Below the pieces are notes generated by a model. The model worked only from the letters and a program-made list of their open reading frames with translations, was not told the origin of the DNA and ran no database searches. From Bacillus subtilis subsp. subtilis str. 168 (GTDB lineage: Bacteria > Bacillota > Bacilli > Bacillales > Bacillaceae), in contig NC_000964.3 in the NCBI RefSeq assembly GCF_000009045.1, positions 2,100,001 to 2,132,000 of the forward strand: a stretch of 32,000 nucleotides of DNA, read 5' to 3'. The position numbers and the translations under genes are program-made. Of this stretch, positions 8,774-19,392 are shown in pieces. Numbering within the stretch: the stretch's first letter is position 1; every line of letters starts with the position of its first letter.

Positions 8774-11608
8774 TTAGTTTTTGCGAGTCAAGCTATCAGA
8801 TACAATACGTTCCTGTTCTTTTTTATGAACTGTCGGATCTCCCTCTGCAGGGCTGGATCGTCTTCTTCGTCCAATATATTGAACGCTTACTCCCTCTGGT
8901 GCAATCTCTGTCAAATACGGGCTGATATAACCCCAAGCCCCCATGTTCTGCGGCTCTTCCTGCACCCAAACGATTTCTTTCAGGTTCGGAAGTTTTGCAA
9001 ATAATTCTTTGACTCCTTTTGCCGGGAATGGATACAGCTGTTCGATTCTCGCAATGTGAAGCCACTCTTTACCGTCTTCTAACTTATTAAAATGATCGCT
9101 AATGTCTATAGACACTTTACCGCTGGATAATACAAGTCTGGTTACTTTTTCATAGTCATGAGAAAGTCCCGACTGTTCATAAACAGGCTGGAAGCGGCTT
9201 TCGCTGAGCTCCTGCACTTCCGACACCGTATTTGGGTTGCGAAGAAGGCTCTTCGGCGTCATAATGACGAGCGGTCTGATTTCTTCACGAAGCAGCATTT
9301 TAGCCTGTCTTCTTAAAATATGGAAATACTGTGCCGCGCTTGTCAGGTTGGCAACCGTCCAGTTGTTTTCCGCTGCAAGCTGCAGGAATCGCTCAATTCT
9401 TCCGCTTGAGTGCTCAGGCCCCTGTCCCTCGTAACCGTGCGGGAGCAGCATGACTAATCCGGATTTTTGGCCCCATTTCGCGCGTCCGGCAGAAATAAAT
9501 TGGTCAAAATACACTTGAGCAGCGTTGGCAAAATCTCCGTACTGTGCTTCCCACAAAACAAGCGTTTCCGGTGAATGCACGTTATAGCCGTATTCAAAAC
9601 CGAGAACCGATCCTTCAGACAGCGGGCTGTTATGAACAGCAAATGATGTGCTGCAGTCAGATAAGTGATGAAGCGGCACAAATTCTTTGCCCGTCTCACT
9701 GTCATGAAGCACAAGGTTTCTTTGGGCGAACGTTCCGCGCTCGGAATCCTGTCCTGTTAAACGAATCGGTGTTCCGTCTTTCAAAATTGAAGCAAACGCG
9801 AGTGATTCTGCCAAAGACCATTCCACTTTTCTGTCATCATCGAACGCCTTGGCGCGTCTTTCTAAAATGCGCTTTAGCTTGCCGAAAACATTAAATGACT
9901 CCGGCCAGTTGATCAATTCGCCATTCAGCTTGCGGAGCACATCAAAATCAATCGAAGTGTCCACATCTGGGAAACCGTTTGATACAGGCTCTGGAAGTTC
10001 AATTTCACAAGCAGTGTGTTCCTTTTTAGACGGAACTTTCTGATATGCATCCTCAATGCGCTTCGTTACCGATTTTTCGATGTTTTGAACGACTTCCTCG
10101 GTAACCACGCCTTCTTTTACCAGCTTTTCAGCGAAAATTTGTTTGACGGTCGGATGCTTTCTGACAGCATCATACAGCATTGGCTGAGTGGTTGACGGTT
10201 CATCCATTTCGTTGTGTCCATAGCGTCTGTACCCGATCAAATCAATCAGAAAATCCTTGTTGAATGTTTTTCGGTATTCGACCGCAAACTTAACAGCTGA
10301 AAGACAAGCTTCAGGATCGTCCGCATTCACGTGAACAATCGGAATTTCATAACCCTTGGCCAGGTCGCTGGCATATTTTGTCGATCTGGATTCAGCGCTT
10401 TCTGTTGTGAATCCGATCATGTTATTGGCGATAATATGAATCGCACCGCCTACTTGATACCCTTTTAAAGAGCTTAAATTCAATGTTTCAGCTACAATTC
10501 CTTCCCCAGGGAATGCAGCGTCTCCATGGATTAAAATGGCCAGCGATTTTGTTTCATCTTGTACCGGGTATCCGCTTTGTGTTCGCGTTTCCTGTGCCGC
10601 TCTTGTGCTGCCTTCAACAATCGGATTGATAAATTCCAAGTGGCTCGGGTTGTTCGCTAACGTAATGCGCGCTGATTTTGTTTCAGCGTCTTGAAGCTCC
10701 CGATTCGCCCCCAAATGGTATTTGACATCCCCCGTCCATCCGTAGCTGATTCCAATGGATCCCTCAGACGGTACAAGATCTTTGTTCGGCGCATGCTGGA
10801 ATTCAGAGAAGATGATTTCATACGGTTTGCCGAGCACATGTGCCAAGACATTCAGGCGTCCCCTGTGCGCCATCCCGATGTTGACACTTGTCGTGCCTGA
10901 TTTGACAGATTGTGCAATAATGTCATCAAGCACTGGAACAAGAGCGTCCAGACCCTCAATGGAAAAGCGCTTCTGCCCGACGAATGTGCGGTGCAAAAAC
11001 TGCTCAAAGCCCTCTACTTCTGTCAATCTTTCCAGCACAGCTGACAGCTTTTCAGCTGAGTTCTTCTGGAACAGCTCGCCAGATTCAATCTTTCTTGTCA
11101 GCCACTCGCGCTCTTTGAAGTCATGCACATGGTCAAATTCAAAAGAGATGGTTCTTTTATACGTATTTCGTAAATACTGAATGGCTTCTAAACCGTTCGA
11201 AATGTTTTTAGGAGCGTCTTTGCAGATGACAGACGCAGGTATTGCTTTTATTTCCTCTTCTGTTAGCCCGTAATCGGATAATGGAAAAAGTTCGCTCTTT
11301 TTCTCATCCTTTCTGAGCGGATTGACGGAAGCGTTCAAATGGCCATAGGTTCGGATATCTTCTGCAAGTCTGACTGCGGATGCGATCTTTTGAATCAGAT
11401 CGGCTGTAACACGTCCCTTTTCTTTTGTTCCCGAGGCCTCTTTTATATCGCTTGGCGGAGCACCGAGCTCGTCGAACATTTCCTTCAAATCCGGGTCAAT
11501 GCTGTTCGGATCCTGGGTATACTGATCGTAAAGCTCCAGCGCATAGCCGAGGTTCGGACCGTAAAAATCTTCCCAATTCATTCGTTGTTTCATACTATTT
11601 TGAAACAT
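8774..11608 (-). CDS. odhA: 2-oxoglutarate dehydrogenase E1 component, 944 aa
   Basis: OGDH E1 motifs [61 protein letters not shown]. Confidence 0.97.
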   Translation of the reverse strand: MFQNSMKQRMNWEDFYGPNLGYALELYDQYTQDPNSIDPDLKEMFDELGAPPSDIKEASGTKEKGRVTADLIQKIASAVRLAEDIRTYGHLNASVNPLRKDEKKSELFPLSDYGLTEEEIKAIPASVICKDAPKNISNGLEAIQYLRNTYKRTISFEFDHVHDFKEREWLTRKIESGELFQKNSAEKLSAVLERLTEVEGFEQFLHRTFVGQKRFSIEGLDALVPVLDDIIAQSVKSGTTSVNIGMAHRGRLNVLAHVLGKPYEIIFSEFQHAPNKDLVPSEGSIGISYGWTGDVKYHLGANRELQDAETKSARITLANNPSHLEFINPIVEGSTRAAQETRTQSGYPVQDETKSLAILIHGDAAFPGEGIVAETLNLSSLKGYQVGGAIHIIANNMIGFTTESAESRSTKYASDLAKGYEIPIVHVNADDPEACLSAVKFAVEYRKTFNKDFLIDLIGYRRYGHNEMDEPSTTQPMLYDAVRKHPTVKQIFAEKLVKEGVVTEEVVQNIEKSVTKRIEDAYQKVPSKKEHTACEIELPEPVSNGFPDVDTSIDFDVLRKLNGELINWPESFNVFGKLKRILERRAKAFDDDRKVEWSLAESLAFASILKDGTPIRLTGQDSERGTFAQRNLVLHDSETGKEFVPLHHLSDCSTSFAVHNSPLSEGSVLGFEYGYNVHSPETLVLWEAQYGDFANAAQVYFDQFISAGRAKWGQKSGLVMLLPHGYEGQGPEHSSGRIERFLQLAAENNWTVANLTSAAQYFHILRRQAKMLLREEIRPLVIMTPKSLLRNPNTVSEVQELSESRFQPVYEQSGLSHDYEKVTRLVLSSGKVSIDISDHFNKLEDGKEWLHIARIEQLYPFPAKGVKELFAKLPNLKEIVWVQEEPQNMGAWGYISPYLTEIAPEGVSVQYIGRRRRSSPAEGDPTVHKKEQERIVSDSLTRKN

Positions 11609-11817
11609 TTGAATATTACCCCCAACTTAAATAATCAAGTGATTGATTCACTATCTTGAAATAACTTTCGAACGCTGTGTCCAAAATTATGTAATAAAAA
11701 CGCTTCCAACGATATTTTACCACTGTTTGCAATTTGATTCTACCTTGATTGTTCACAAAATAGTAAAAAACCTTTATAAAAAACAAAAAATTTAATCATT
11801 CGAAAAAACAAACGCCA

Positions 11818-11851
11818 AAAAGCATAGGATTAAGGGCTATCCTATGCTTTT
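11818..11851 (-). terminator. Terminator at the end of yojO (stop codon in loop)
   Basis: AAAAGCATAGGAT-loop-ATCCTATGCTTTT, a 13-bp stem; yojO stop at 11837-11839 lies in the loop. Confidence 0.8.
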
Positions 11852-13753
11852 ATGAAGCAGTTTTTTCAGCAGCGGATACAAAACATCCGGTAGCTGATCA
11901 ACATCCGGGACAAATATACTGAATTTTCCGTACATATCCTGGATCGTCTTCATTTGCGATTCTTCTATTTCTGAGTTGGAGAGAAAAACATTTATCACTT
12001 CTATTCCTCTTTTTCGGGCTTCGATAACCGCCTCACTTGTATCAACGATCCCATTTTGTTCGTAGCCAAATGCGGCCGGCTCTCCATCTGAGAAAACAAT
12101 TAAGAACTTTTGCGCCTCGCTGCGATGCAGCATTTTTTTCGTCATCTGCCTAATTGCGTACCCGTCACGGTTATCTTCTTCTGGCTCAAGCTGCATAATG
12201 GCCGGTCCAGAATCTTGTCTTAATGATGATTGGAAGGGAATAACCGTATTGAAATAGTTTGGCTGGCTTTTTTCGGTTGCATCATTTGTGTCCTCCCAAA
12301 AACCGACAATCTGATGCGGAACCGCTACCGATTTCAACGCTTCGTGAAACAGCACGATTCCTCGTTTTGTTTCGTCCATTTTGTCGAACATGCTGGCGGA
12401 ACAATCGACCAGCAATGTAAAAACTGCGTCGATTTCTGAAGATGGTTCTTGCTTTTTGTAGAACAGGCGCGGATTTCGCTCAGTGAAGTAACGAAGAAGC
12501 TTATTGTTCAGTCTCCCGGCATGAAGGTCTGTTCTCGGCAATGTTTTTTTATGCTCCAGCGTTTTTTGAATCATTTGTTTCAAACGCTTTTGATACGATT
12601 CAATCGTTTTTGCCTGCTGTTTATAAGAAAGCTCTTCTTCACTGGTTGCCGGCTGCGGTTCTTTATAAATTGGAAATGCATATTTATTTTCTTTGCCGTC
12701 AGCCATACCCGCTCCGTTCGGCTGGTCTTTTTGGGACTCCAGCGCTTCCAGCTTGGAATAGTCTTTCCGTTTCGTTTGTCTGGCTGATCCTTGAACAGAG
12801 CCAAGGGCCTGATCTCCATCGTCGCCTTCCCTTGAAGCATCTTTTCCTAAATCTGATTTTGCGCCGTGTTCAATATCAAATTGAAGGAAGCTTTTAGACG
12901 GTGCTTCTGTTTCCCGGTGCCATGTCGGCATTTCTTCTTCATGGATATCCTCATCACCGTCTGATTGTTTTGGAAGCGTGATGTCATCACTCAGCTTCGG
13001 CGCTTTTTTCTCTTCTTCAAATAACGGCTGTTCTGCAGCTTTTGCGTAATCAAGCTCAGGCAAAAAGAAGTAGGTGTTCAACATGTCTTTATCGAGTACC
13101 TCTTCAAGTCCGTCCATGAGGTCCTCAACAATTTTCAGAACCTGCCGTGTCGAATCTGCTTCATACACACGCAAGAGCTGCTGCTCAATAAACGGGCGCA
13201 TCAGATCGATATCTTCACGCATGGATGGAAGGGTCTCGAGCGGCGATTCCGCTGTGAGCTTGAAATAGATCGCGCAAAAGAGCGCATCGGTAAAAATGCT
13301 TCGTTCCAAATTTAAGGTCAGCTGGGTTGAGAAATGTTTTCTGTACATGTCTTTTCGCTTCGCAAATACATGTTTCGTACCCGGGCGCTCACGTTTGATG
13401 CATTCTTCGATCCTAATGTCTTCAAGCAGCATAAAGAGCTGCTTGGCAAAACTTTTAAACGTAAGATGGCGATGGATATCATTCAAAAAGTTCGCAAACT
13501 CATGCAGCGAGCTATATCTTGTTCCGACTGAACGCAGGTAGACGTCGCTTTTCAGACCCGCTTCCATGTCCTCAGCTGCCCTGTCTTTCCAAAAGTGGCT
13601 CATATAGATTTTCTTTTCAAATGGATTGTAATAGGACTGAACGCCATACTCCACTTCTACCGCTTCACTCTTGGTGAGTGTTTTGGCCAAATCAGTCAGC
13701 ATCATAAATAAAAATGAATCAATCGTGCTGTCGTTAAATTTGATAAATTTCAT
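11837..13753 (-). CDS. yojO: VWA-domain protein (NorD/CobT-like), 638 aa
   Basis: MIDAS motif DCSASMFDK and FSDGEPAAFG near the C-terminus; preceded by a MoxR AAA+ gene. Start placed at MKFIKFNDST. Confidence 0.88.
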   Translation of the reverse strand: MKFIKFNDSTIDSFLFMMLTDLAKTLTKSEAVEVEYGVQSYYNPFEKKIYMSHFWKDRAAEDMEAGLKSDVYLRSVGTRYSSLHEFANFLNDIHRHLTFKSFAKQLFMLLEDIRIEECIKRERPGTKHVFAKRKDMYRKHFSTQLTLNLERSIFTDALFCAIYFKLTAESPLETLPSMREDIDLMRPFIEQQLLRVYEADSTRQVLKIVEDLMDGLEEVLDKDMLNTYFFLPELDYAKAAEQPLFEEEKKAPKLSDDITLPKQSDGDEDIHEEEMPTWHRETEAPSKSFLQFDIEHGAKSDLGKDASREGDDGDQALGSVQGSARQTKRKDYSKLEALESQKDQPNGAGMADGKENKYAFPIYKEPQPATSEEELSYKQQAKTIESYQKRLKQMIQKTLEHKKTLPRTDLHAGRLNNKLLRYFTERNPRLFYKKQEPSSEIDAVFTLLVDCSASMFDKMDETKRGIVLFHEALKSVAVPHQIVGFWEDTNDATEKSQPNYFNTVIPFQSSLRQDSGPAIMQLEPEEDNRDGYAIRQMTKKMLHRSEAQKFLIVFSDGEPAAFGYEQNGIVDTSEAVIEARKRGIEVINVFLSNSEIEESQMKTIQDMYGKFSIFVPDVDQLPDVLYPLLKKLLHKSIG

Positions 13754-13763
13754 CGCAGCCCCC

Positions 13764-14678
13764 TCATTCAAACAGAGTTTCTGCAATATTTCGGACAGCC
13801 GCTTTTTCCCGATCATCATCAAGCTTTTCTACAATTCCCCGCTCAATGGCACGACGCGGCGGAATATAAGCAGCTAAATCACATGTATCGATTAAAGCTC
13901 TGATGGATGCCGCTTCTTCAGACACCTGTCCGTTATTGGCCTGAACGATCAAGTCAGAGGAAAGCGTGATAAATCTGTCAATCAATTTCTCGTCTTTCAA
14001 GGCTGACTGAGACATGAGCACTTGTTTCAGCAGCTCGCCTTTAATATAAGGCACATCAATGATGACAAAACGGTTTTTCAACGCTTCATTCAGAGGAACA
14101 GTTCCGACATAGCCTTCATTGATGGCTGCAATGACTCCGAAACCGCTTTTAGCCCGTATGACCTCGCCTGTAAACGGATTTGTCATCATTTTTCTGTAAT
14201 CTAATACACCGTTTAGAATAGGCAGTGTTTCCGGCTTCGCCATATTGATTTCATCTATATAAAGAAAATGGCCTTCCTTCATTGCCTTTGTAACAGGTCC
14301 TGAAACAAACTCGATTGTTGCCTGGCCAGATTGATTTTCAATCGTTTTATAACCGACCAATGCCTCAGCGTCCAAGTCGACTGAACAGTTGACGCTGTGC
14401 ATCGGTTTATGAAAATAGCTGGACAATGTTTCTGCCAGCTTTGTTTTTCCTGAACCTGTAGGCCCTTTCAGCAGGACATTTTTCCCCATGGCTAATGCAA
14501 TAATGGCGTCAAATAAAATGGCTTCATCCTCCGCCTCATAGCCTGATGTTCCTATAAGCGATTGAAACTCTGGGGAAATAGGCTGCTCTTTATATGATAA
14601 AAGCTTTTGTTGTATATCTTCCGGCAATGTTAAGTGCTGTAGTTGAGTTGTCATAGACAGATTCCCTTTCCTATTCAT
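13764..14678 (-). CDS. yojN: MoxR/NorQ-type AAA+ ATPase
   Basis: Walker [16 protein letters not shown], Walker [11 protein letters not shown]. An alternative start at 14654 (MTTQLQ) has a better-placed AGGAAAGGG SD. Confidence 0.9.
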   Translation of the reverse strand: MNRKGNLSMTTQLQHLTLPEDIQQKLLSYKEQPISPEFQSLIGTSGYEAEDEAILFDAIIALAMGKNVLLKGPTGSGKTKLAETLSSYFHKPMHSVNCSVDLDAEALVGYKTIENQSGQATIEFVSGPVTKAMKEGHFLYIDEINMAKPETLPILNGVLDYRKMMTNPFTGEVIRAKSGFGVIAAINEGYVGTVPLNEALKNRFVIIDVPYIKGELLKQVLMSQSALKDEKLIDRFITLSSDLIVQANNGQVSEEAASIRALIDTCDLAAYIPPRRAIERGIVEKLDDDREKAAVRNIAETLFE

Positions 14679-14700
14679 ATTCCATTAACGAGTATACTAA

Positions 14701-14731
14701 AAAAGCCCCTGTATGCTCAATACAAAAGGGC
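14701..14731 (-). terminator. Probable terminator of sodC
   Basis: Imperfect hairpin GCCC...ATACAGGGGC, then TTTTTT on the minus strand. Confidence 0.6.
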
Positions 14732-14741
14732 CTGGATGATA

Positions 14742-15332
14742 TTACTGCTTCTCGTTATTTCCCAAAAGGGCTCCGCAGACAATACGCGCACCGGAATTGC
14801 CGCTTGGGTTTGTCAGATAATCGTCCGCTTGTTCATGAATAATAAATGCACTTCCGTCCTCGTCGAGAATATTTAGTTTACTTCCTTTTTTCAGTGAAGT
14901 GTCAGGCGCATTCATTATGACATCTACCTTTCCATCAGCACCGACTTCAAGGTTCGGCAGATCTCCGGCATGATGCCCCATCGGATTATTAAAGCCGTGT
15001 TCTTTGTTCAGTGGATTAAAGGGACCGCCCGCTGATTCAAAATCCGGCCTGACACAAGAACCTTTCTCATAAATATGAAAACCGAGAGAAGCACCTGGAC
15101 GCAGGCTGTTTGCGGAAATATGAATATCGAGGCCTTCATCATCTGATTCTTTGATCTCTATAAAACCGACTGCTTTCCCTTCACGATTGACCAGCTGGAC
15201 ATGATGACCAAACGCTGACGTTTCAACCACTTTTTTTTCCGGCACCCGGTTAGGAGGGTCTGGAGGTTTTTTTTGTCCGCATCCGGCAACTCCCAGTGCC
15301 GTCAGCATCATCAACAGCAAGAGACGGTGCAT
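14742..15332 (-). CDS. sodC: Cu/Zn superoxide dismutase-like lipoprotein lacking two canonical Cu ligands, 196 aa
   Basis: Lipobox LGVAGC, SOD_Cu fold motifs SAGGPFNP, HHAGDLPNL, SGNSGARIVCG. Confidence 0.92.
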   Translation of the reverse strand: MHRLLLLMMLTALGVAGCGQKKPPDPPNRVPEKKVVETSAFGHHVQLVNREGKAVGFIEIKESDDEGLDIHISANSLRPGASLGFHIYEKGSCVRPDFESAGGPFNPLNKEHGFNNPMGHHAGDLPNLEVGADGKVDVIMNAPDTSLKKGSKLNILDEDGSAFIIHEQADDYLTNPSGNSGARIVCGALLGNNEKQ

Positions 15333-15388
15333 ACTGTCTCCCCCTTGTTTTTTCTAACAGTGTGGTCAATCATTGTCTGGTATAAACA

Positions 15389-15411
15389 AAAAAGCCTATA
15401 AAAGGCTTTTT
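15389..15411 (-). terminator. Terminator of cwlS
   Basis: AAAAAGCC-TATAAAA-GGCTTTTT. Confidence 0.7.
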
Positions 15412-15424
15412 GTCATACTCATTT

Positions 15425-16672
<1,248 letters not shown>

Positions 16673-17014
16673 TTCAACCTCCTAAACTGTTTTTTTGCAA
16701 AAACAGCTAGTATTTTGTTTCCAAAAATGGCACACAACTGTTTTATCGTCAATTTTTCAGCAAGTTAAACCCTTTTCAAACATTTGGCGCAGCATTTTCA
16801 GCATCGTTCGACCTTTAAACCTTCAAATAAACATCTAACATTTTACATAAGCACGATATGTTTTTCGAAAGTCTAAGGAACTATTTAAGCGAGGGTAAAA
16901 ATGATGGTTTTCTATTGATGAACGAAGCAGTTTCTCCTCCTTTCTTGTCTATTTTTCTAATCAATTCTCTATCGGCGTGTCAAATCCCTTCCTCTGCATT
17001 CTTATGAAATGGCA

Positions 17015-17047
17015 AAAAGCCTGTTCTTTCGATAAGAACAGGCTTTT
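17015..17047 (-). terminator. Terminator of yojK
   Basis: AAAAGCCTGTTCTT-TCGAT-AAGAACAGGCTTTT, a 14-bp perfect stem. Confidence 0.85.
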
Positions 17048-17050
17048 ACA

Positions 17051-18268
17051 CTATGCATTTGCTGATTGAGTTTTTTGTTTTACAGCTTCAAGAATGCTGT
17101 CGGCTGCTTTTTTAGAGCCGCCTGCCGCTTTCAGTGATTGTCCAATTTCTTTTGCCTTTTCAGCATACGAACGATTATTCATTACTTCTTGTATCGTCTC
17201 TTTCAGTAGGCTTTCAGACAATTCTTCCTTTTTAATTACTTTTCCTGCGCCGACTTTTTCTACCTGATCTGCGACAACAAATTGGTCGCCTCCCATCGGA
17301 ATGACAACGAGCGGGGTTTCAAAATACAAACCTTCACTTGTGCTGTTCATTCCGCCGTGGGTCACAAATAAGCTGGCTCTTTTCAAGATCTCAAGCTGAG
17401 GGACATACGGGCGTACAATGAAATTCTCCGGAATGTCGTTTAACTCACTTGTTTTAATATGCTTGCCGATGGAAAGCACAACTTTACCGTCAAAGTCCTT
17501 ACACACTTCAAGGCATTGATTAAAAAACTGCTTTTGATTATTAAAAATGGTTCCCATTGAAATAAACAGCACGTTTTCATTGTCAATCTGATCAAATGGG
17601 AAATCATTGTTTCCGGCTCTTTCTGTAATGGAAGGACCGACAAATACATATCGCTCGCCAAATTGCTCAGCCAGTGGCTGAAATCCCCTTGATGTAAAGA
17701 CGATTGTCAAGTCACCATCAGCTAAAAAAACATCAAATGGCTTCTTGATCTCTGCTTGAAAATCAGCATTTAACGTTTCTGCAAGCTGCTGGTATGATTC
17801 ATAATGAGGCGAATCTTCAAGTGATCCTTTCATGTACGCTCCCATCATTTCCTTCGCAAATTCCTCATTCATCGCAAAGGTTGTACACAATGAAAATCTT
17901 GGCAGCTTCAGCATGTTGGCAATGACTTTACCCGCGAGAAGATGGTGATCATATATGACATAATCATACGATTCATGTTTGACTTCCTCATAAATATGAG
18001 TCGCGATATCCTTACAGGCTTTCAAAAAAGCGCAGAGCATTTCTGTGAAATCTCTTTCTTCATCGCCGGTTGCGTTTTTCCCGAAGTAATCTCCTCTGAA
18101 ATCATGATACTCACGAAACTCTATATCAAGAGCTGTGATTTTTTCTTTATATTCCTTCACTGCGTAGTACGTAATGTTTTCTCCCCGGGATTTCAGCTCC
18201 TTCATCACACCGATAGAGGGATTAATATGCCCTTCACCGGGGAAACCGATCATTAATACATTAGCCAT
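17051..18268 (-). CDS. yojK: UDP-glycosyltransferase (macrolide glycosyltransferase, MGT subfamily), 405 aa
   Basis: GT1 signature FVTHGGMNSTSEGLYFETPLVVIPMGGDQFVVADQVEKVGAG; N-terminal GFPGEGHINPSIG. Confidence 0.92.
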   Translation of the reverse strand: MANVLMIGFPGEGHINPSIGVMKELKSRGENITYYAVKEYKEKITALDIEFREYHDFRGDYFGKNATGDEERDFTEMLCAFLKACKDIATHIYEEVKHESYDYVIYDHHLLAGKVIANMLKLPRFSLCTTFAMNEEFAKEMMGAYMKGSLEDSPHYESYQQLAETLNADFQAEIKKPFDVFLADGDLTIVFTSRGFQPLAEQFGERYVFVGPSITERAGNNDFPFDQIDNENVLFISMGTIFNNQKQFFNQCLEVCKDFDGKVVLSIGKHIKTSELNDIPENFIVRPYVPQLEILKRASLFVTHGGMNSTSEGLYFETPLVVIPMGGDQFVVADQVEKVGAGKVIKKEELSESLLKETIQEVMNNRSYAEKAKEIGQSLKAAGGSKKAADSILEAVKQKTQSANA

Positions 18269-18409
18269 GCGGCAGCACCCTTCCTTTGAGAATTTATGTA
18301 ATATTTTATACGGTACTATAAATGCATAAACAGGTAAAGTATTTCACTTAATTAATATTCATCATATATAACTTTTCTACCAGTTTATATTCCCTGTCTT
18401 CAAGACAAA

Positions 18410-18437
18410 AAGCATTCAGCTTGAAGCGAATGCTTTA
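18410..18437 (-). terminator. Terminator of cdaS
   Basis: AAAGCATTC...GAATGCTTT, followed by a minus-strand T run. Confidence 0.65.
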
Positions 18438-18503
18438 ATAAAGATGCGAATTCAGTCATTTTGTCTCATGATAGGATTCTTAATCAGGCCCTTTTTATTA
18501 TTT

Positions 18504-19127
18504 TTACGTTCTTGGTGAAATTAACGGATATAATACACCGTCTTTGGCAAACGACATCTTCCCTGTTTCCTCTGAAACCACGAGCACCAGTGCATCCGTA
18601 TAGCCCGACATACCAAGAGCCGCCCGGTGCCGGGTTCCCAAATGGATATCCACTTCCTTCGTCGTCAGCGGGAGCACATTGGCTGCTGACACGAGTTTGT
18701 TTTCCCTCACTAATAAAGCGCCGTCATGAAGAGGGTTTCCGGGAAAAAAGATGCTTTCAATTAATGAAGAGCTGATCTCGGCGTGTAGGGAGGTGCCTTT
18801 TTGAATAAAACGTTCAACCGGGTCTGCTCTTTCAATCACAATTAAAGCTCCATGCTTATGTTCCGATAAGGCTTTAATCGCCTTGGCCAGCTCAATAAAT
18901 GCCGGCGTAAATTCCTCAATGTATGATTGCAAATAAAAGGAGGATGCAATCCCCTGCATGTCCTGAAAAACGTGCCCCAAATCATCTAATTCACAAAGGA
19001 GACACTGGTCTTTTTCGTGAAGCGTTTTCAAGATTAGAGATGCATCACCTAATATTTGCTCTAAGTACACCTGTATTTTCCCCTTGAACGCATTTTCTGA
19101 TATCTGCTCATAGCGCATAGCCTTCAT
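18504..19127 (-). CDS. cdaS: Diadenylate cyclase (c-di-AMP synthase) with N-terminal helical region, 207 aa
   Basis: DAC motifs NPLHDGALLV and LGTRHRAALGMSG. Start choice between nearby ATGs is not certain (SD AGGAG). Confidence 0.93.
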   Translation of the reverse strand: MKAMRYEQISENAFKGKIQVYLEQILGDASLILKTLHEKDQCLLCELDDLGHVFQDMQGIASSFYLQSYIEEFTPAFIELAKAIKALSEHKHGALIVIERADPVERFIQKGTSLHAEISSSLIESIFFPGNPLHDGALLVRENKLVSAANVLPLTTKEVDIHLGTRHRAALGMSGYTDALVLVVSEETGKMSFAKDGVLYPLISPRT

Positions 19128-19152
19128 CTCCTGTTTAAATTTCCAACTTTTC

Positions 19153-19181
19153 ACGAATGCTTATCTTATTGATGCACATTC
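19153..19181 (-). promoter_or_regulatory. Candidate sigmaG-type promoter of cdaS
   Basis: Minus strand GAATG-17 nt-CATTCGT; -35 fits GHATR, -10 is partial to CATNHTA. Confidence 0.4.
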
Positions 19182-19183
19182 TA
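19155..19183 (+). promoter_or_regulatory. Candidate sigmaG-type promoter for the 36-aa ORF
   Basis: GAATG (19155-19159)-17 nt-CATTCTA (19177-19183), an exact fit to GHATR/CATNHTA, just upstream of a strong SD. Confidence 0.6.
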
Positions 19184-19206
19184 TTGGTAAAGGAGGGATG
19201 TAAAGA

Positions 19207-19317
19207 ATGGAAATCGAAAGAATCATTCAGTATATTTGCACCTTTTTAGGCGTGATTTCGCTTTCTTTTATTTATGCCCAAATGTTTAGAAAAACGAAAC
19301 CGACAAAAAAAGAATAG
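19207..19317 (+). CDS. Small single-pass membrane peptide (36 aa) MEIERIIQYICTFLGVISLSFIYAQMFRKTKPTKKE
   Basis: SD AAAGGAGGG (19189-19197), ATG, 36 sense codons, one hydrophobic helix and a basic tail. Absent from the supplied track because it is short. Confidence 0.65.
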   Translation: MEIERIIQYICTFLGVISLSFIYAQMFRKTKPTKKE

Positions 19318-19329
19318 GCCCGGCGTTCA

Positions 19330-19357
19330 TTGCTTTTTATACATAAAATGTTATAAT
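19330..19357 (+). promoter_or_regulatory. SigmaA-type promoter for yojI-rsbRC
   Basis: TTGCTT-16 nt-TATAAT, 35 nt upstream of the yojI ATG. Confidence 0.6.
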
Positions 19358-19392
19358 TTCTCTCGTTATGAAAAAGAAACGGAGATCAATGT

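Noticed and set aside
9544-9894. 116-aa plus-strand ORF opposite odhA (also 10755-11180, 141 aa, and 8131-8499, 122 aa)
   Set aside because: Antisense to strongly coding odhA/odhB with no SD, no recognisable domain and composition typical of shadow frames.
12449-12897. Plus-strand ORFs (112 and 119 aa) opposite yojO
   Set aside because: Shadow frames opposite a clearly coding VWA protein; no initiation signals.
18461-18775. 104-aa plus ORF opposite cdaS
   Set aside because: Antisense shadow of the DAC domain; no SD or homology I recognise.
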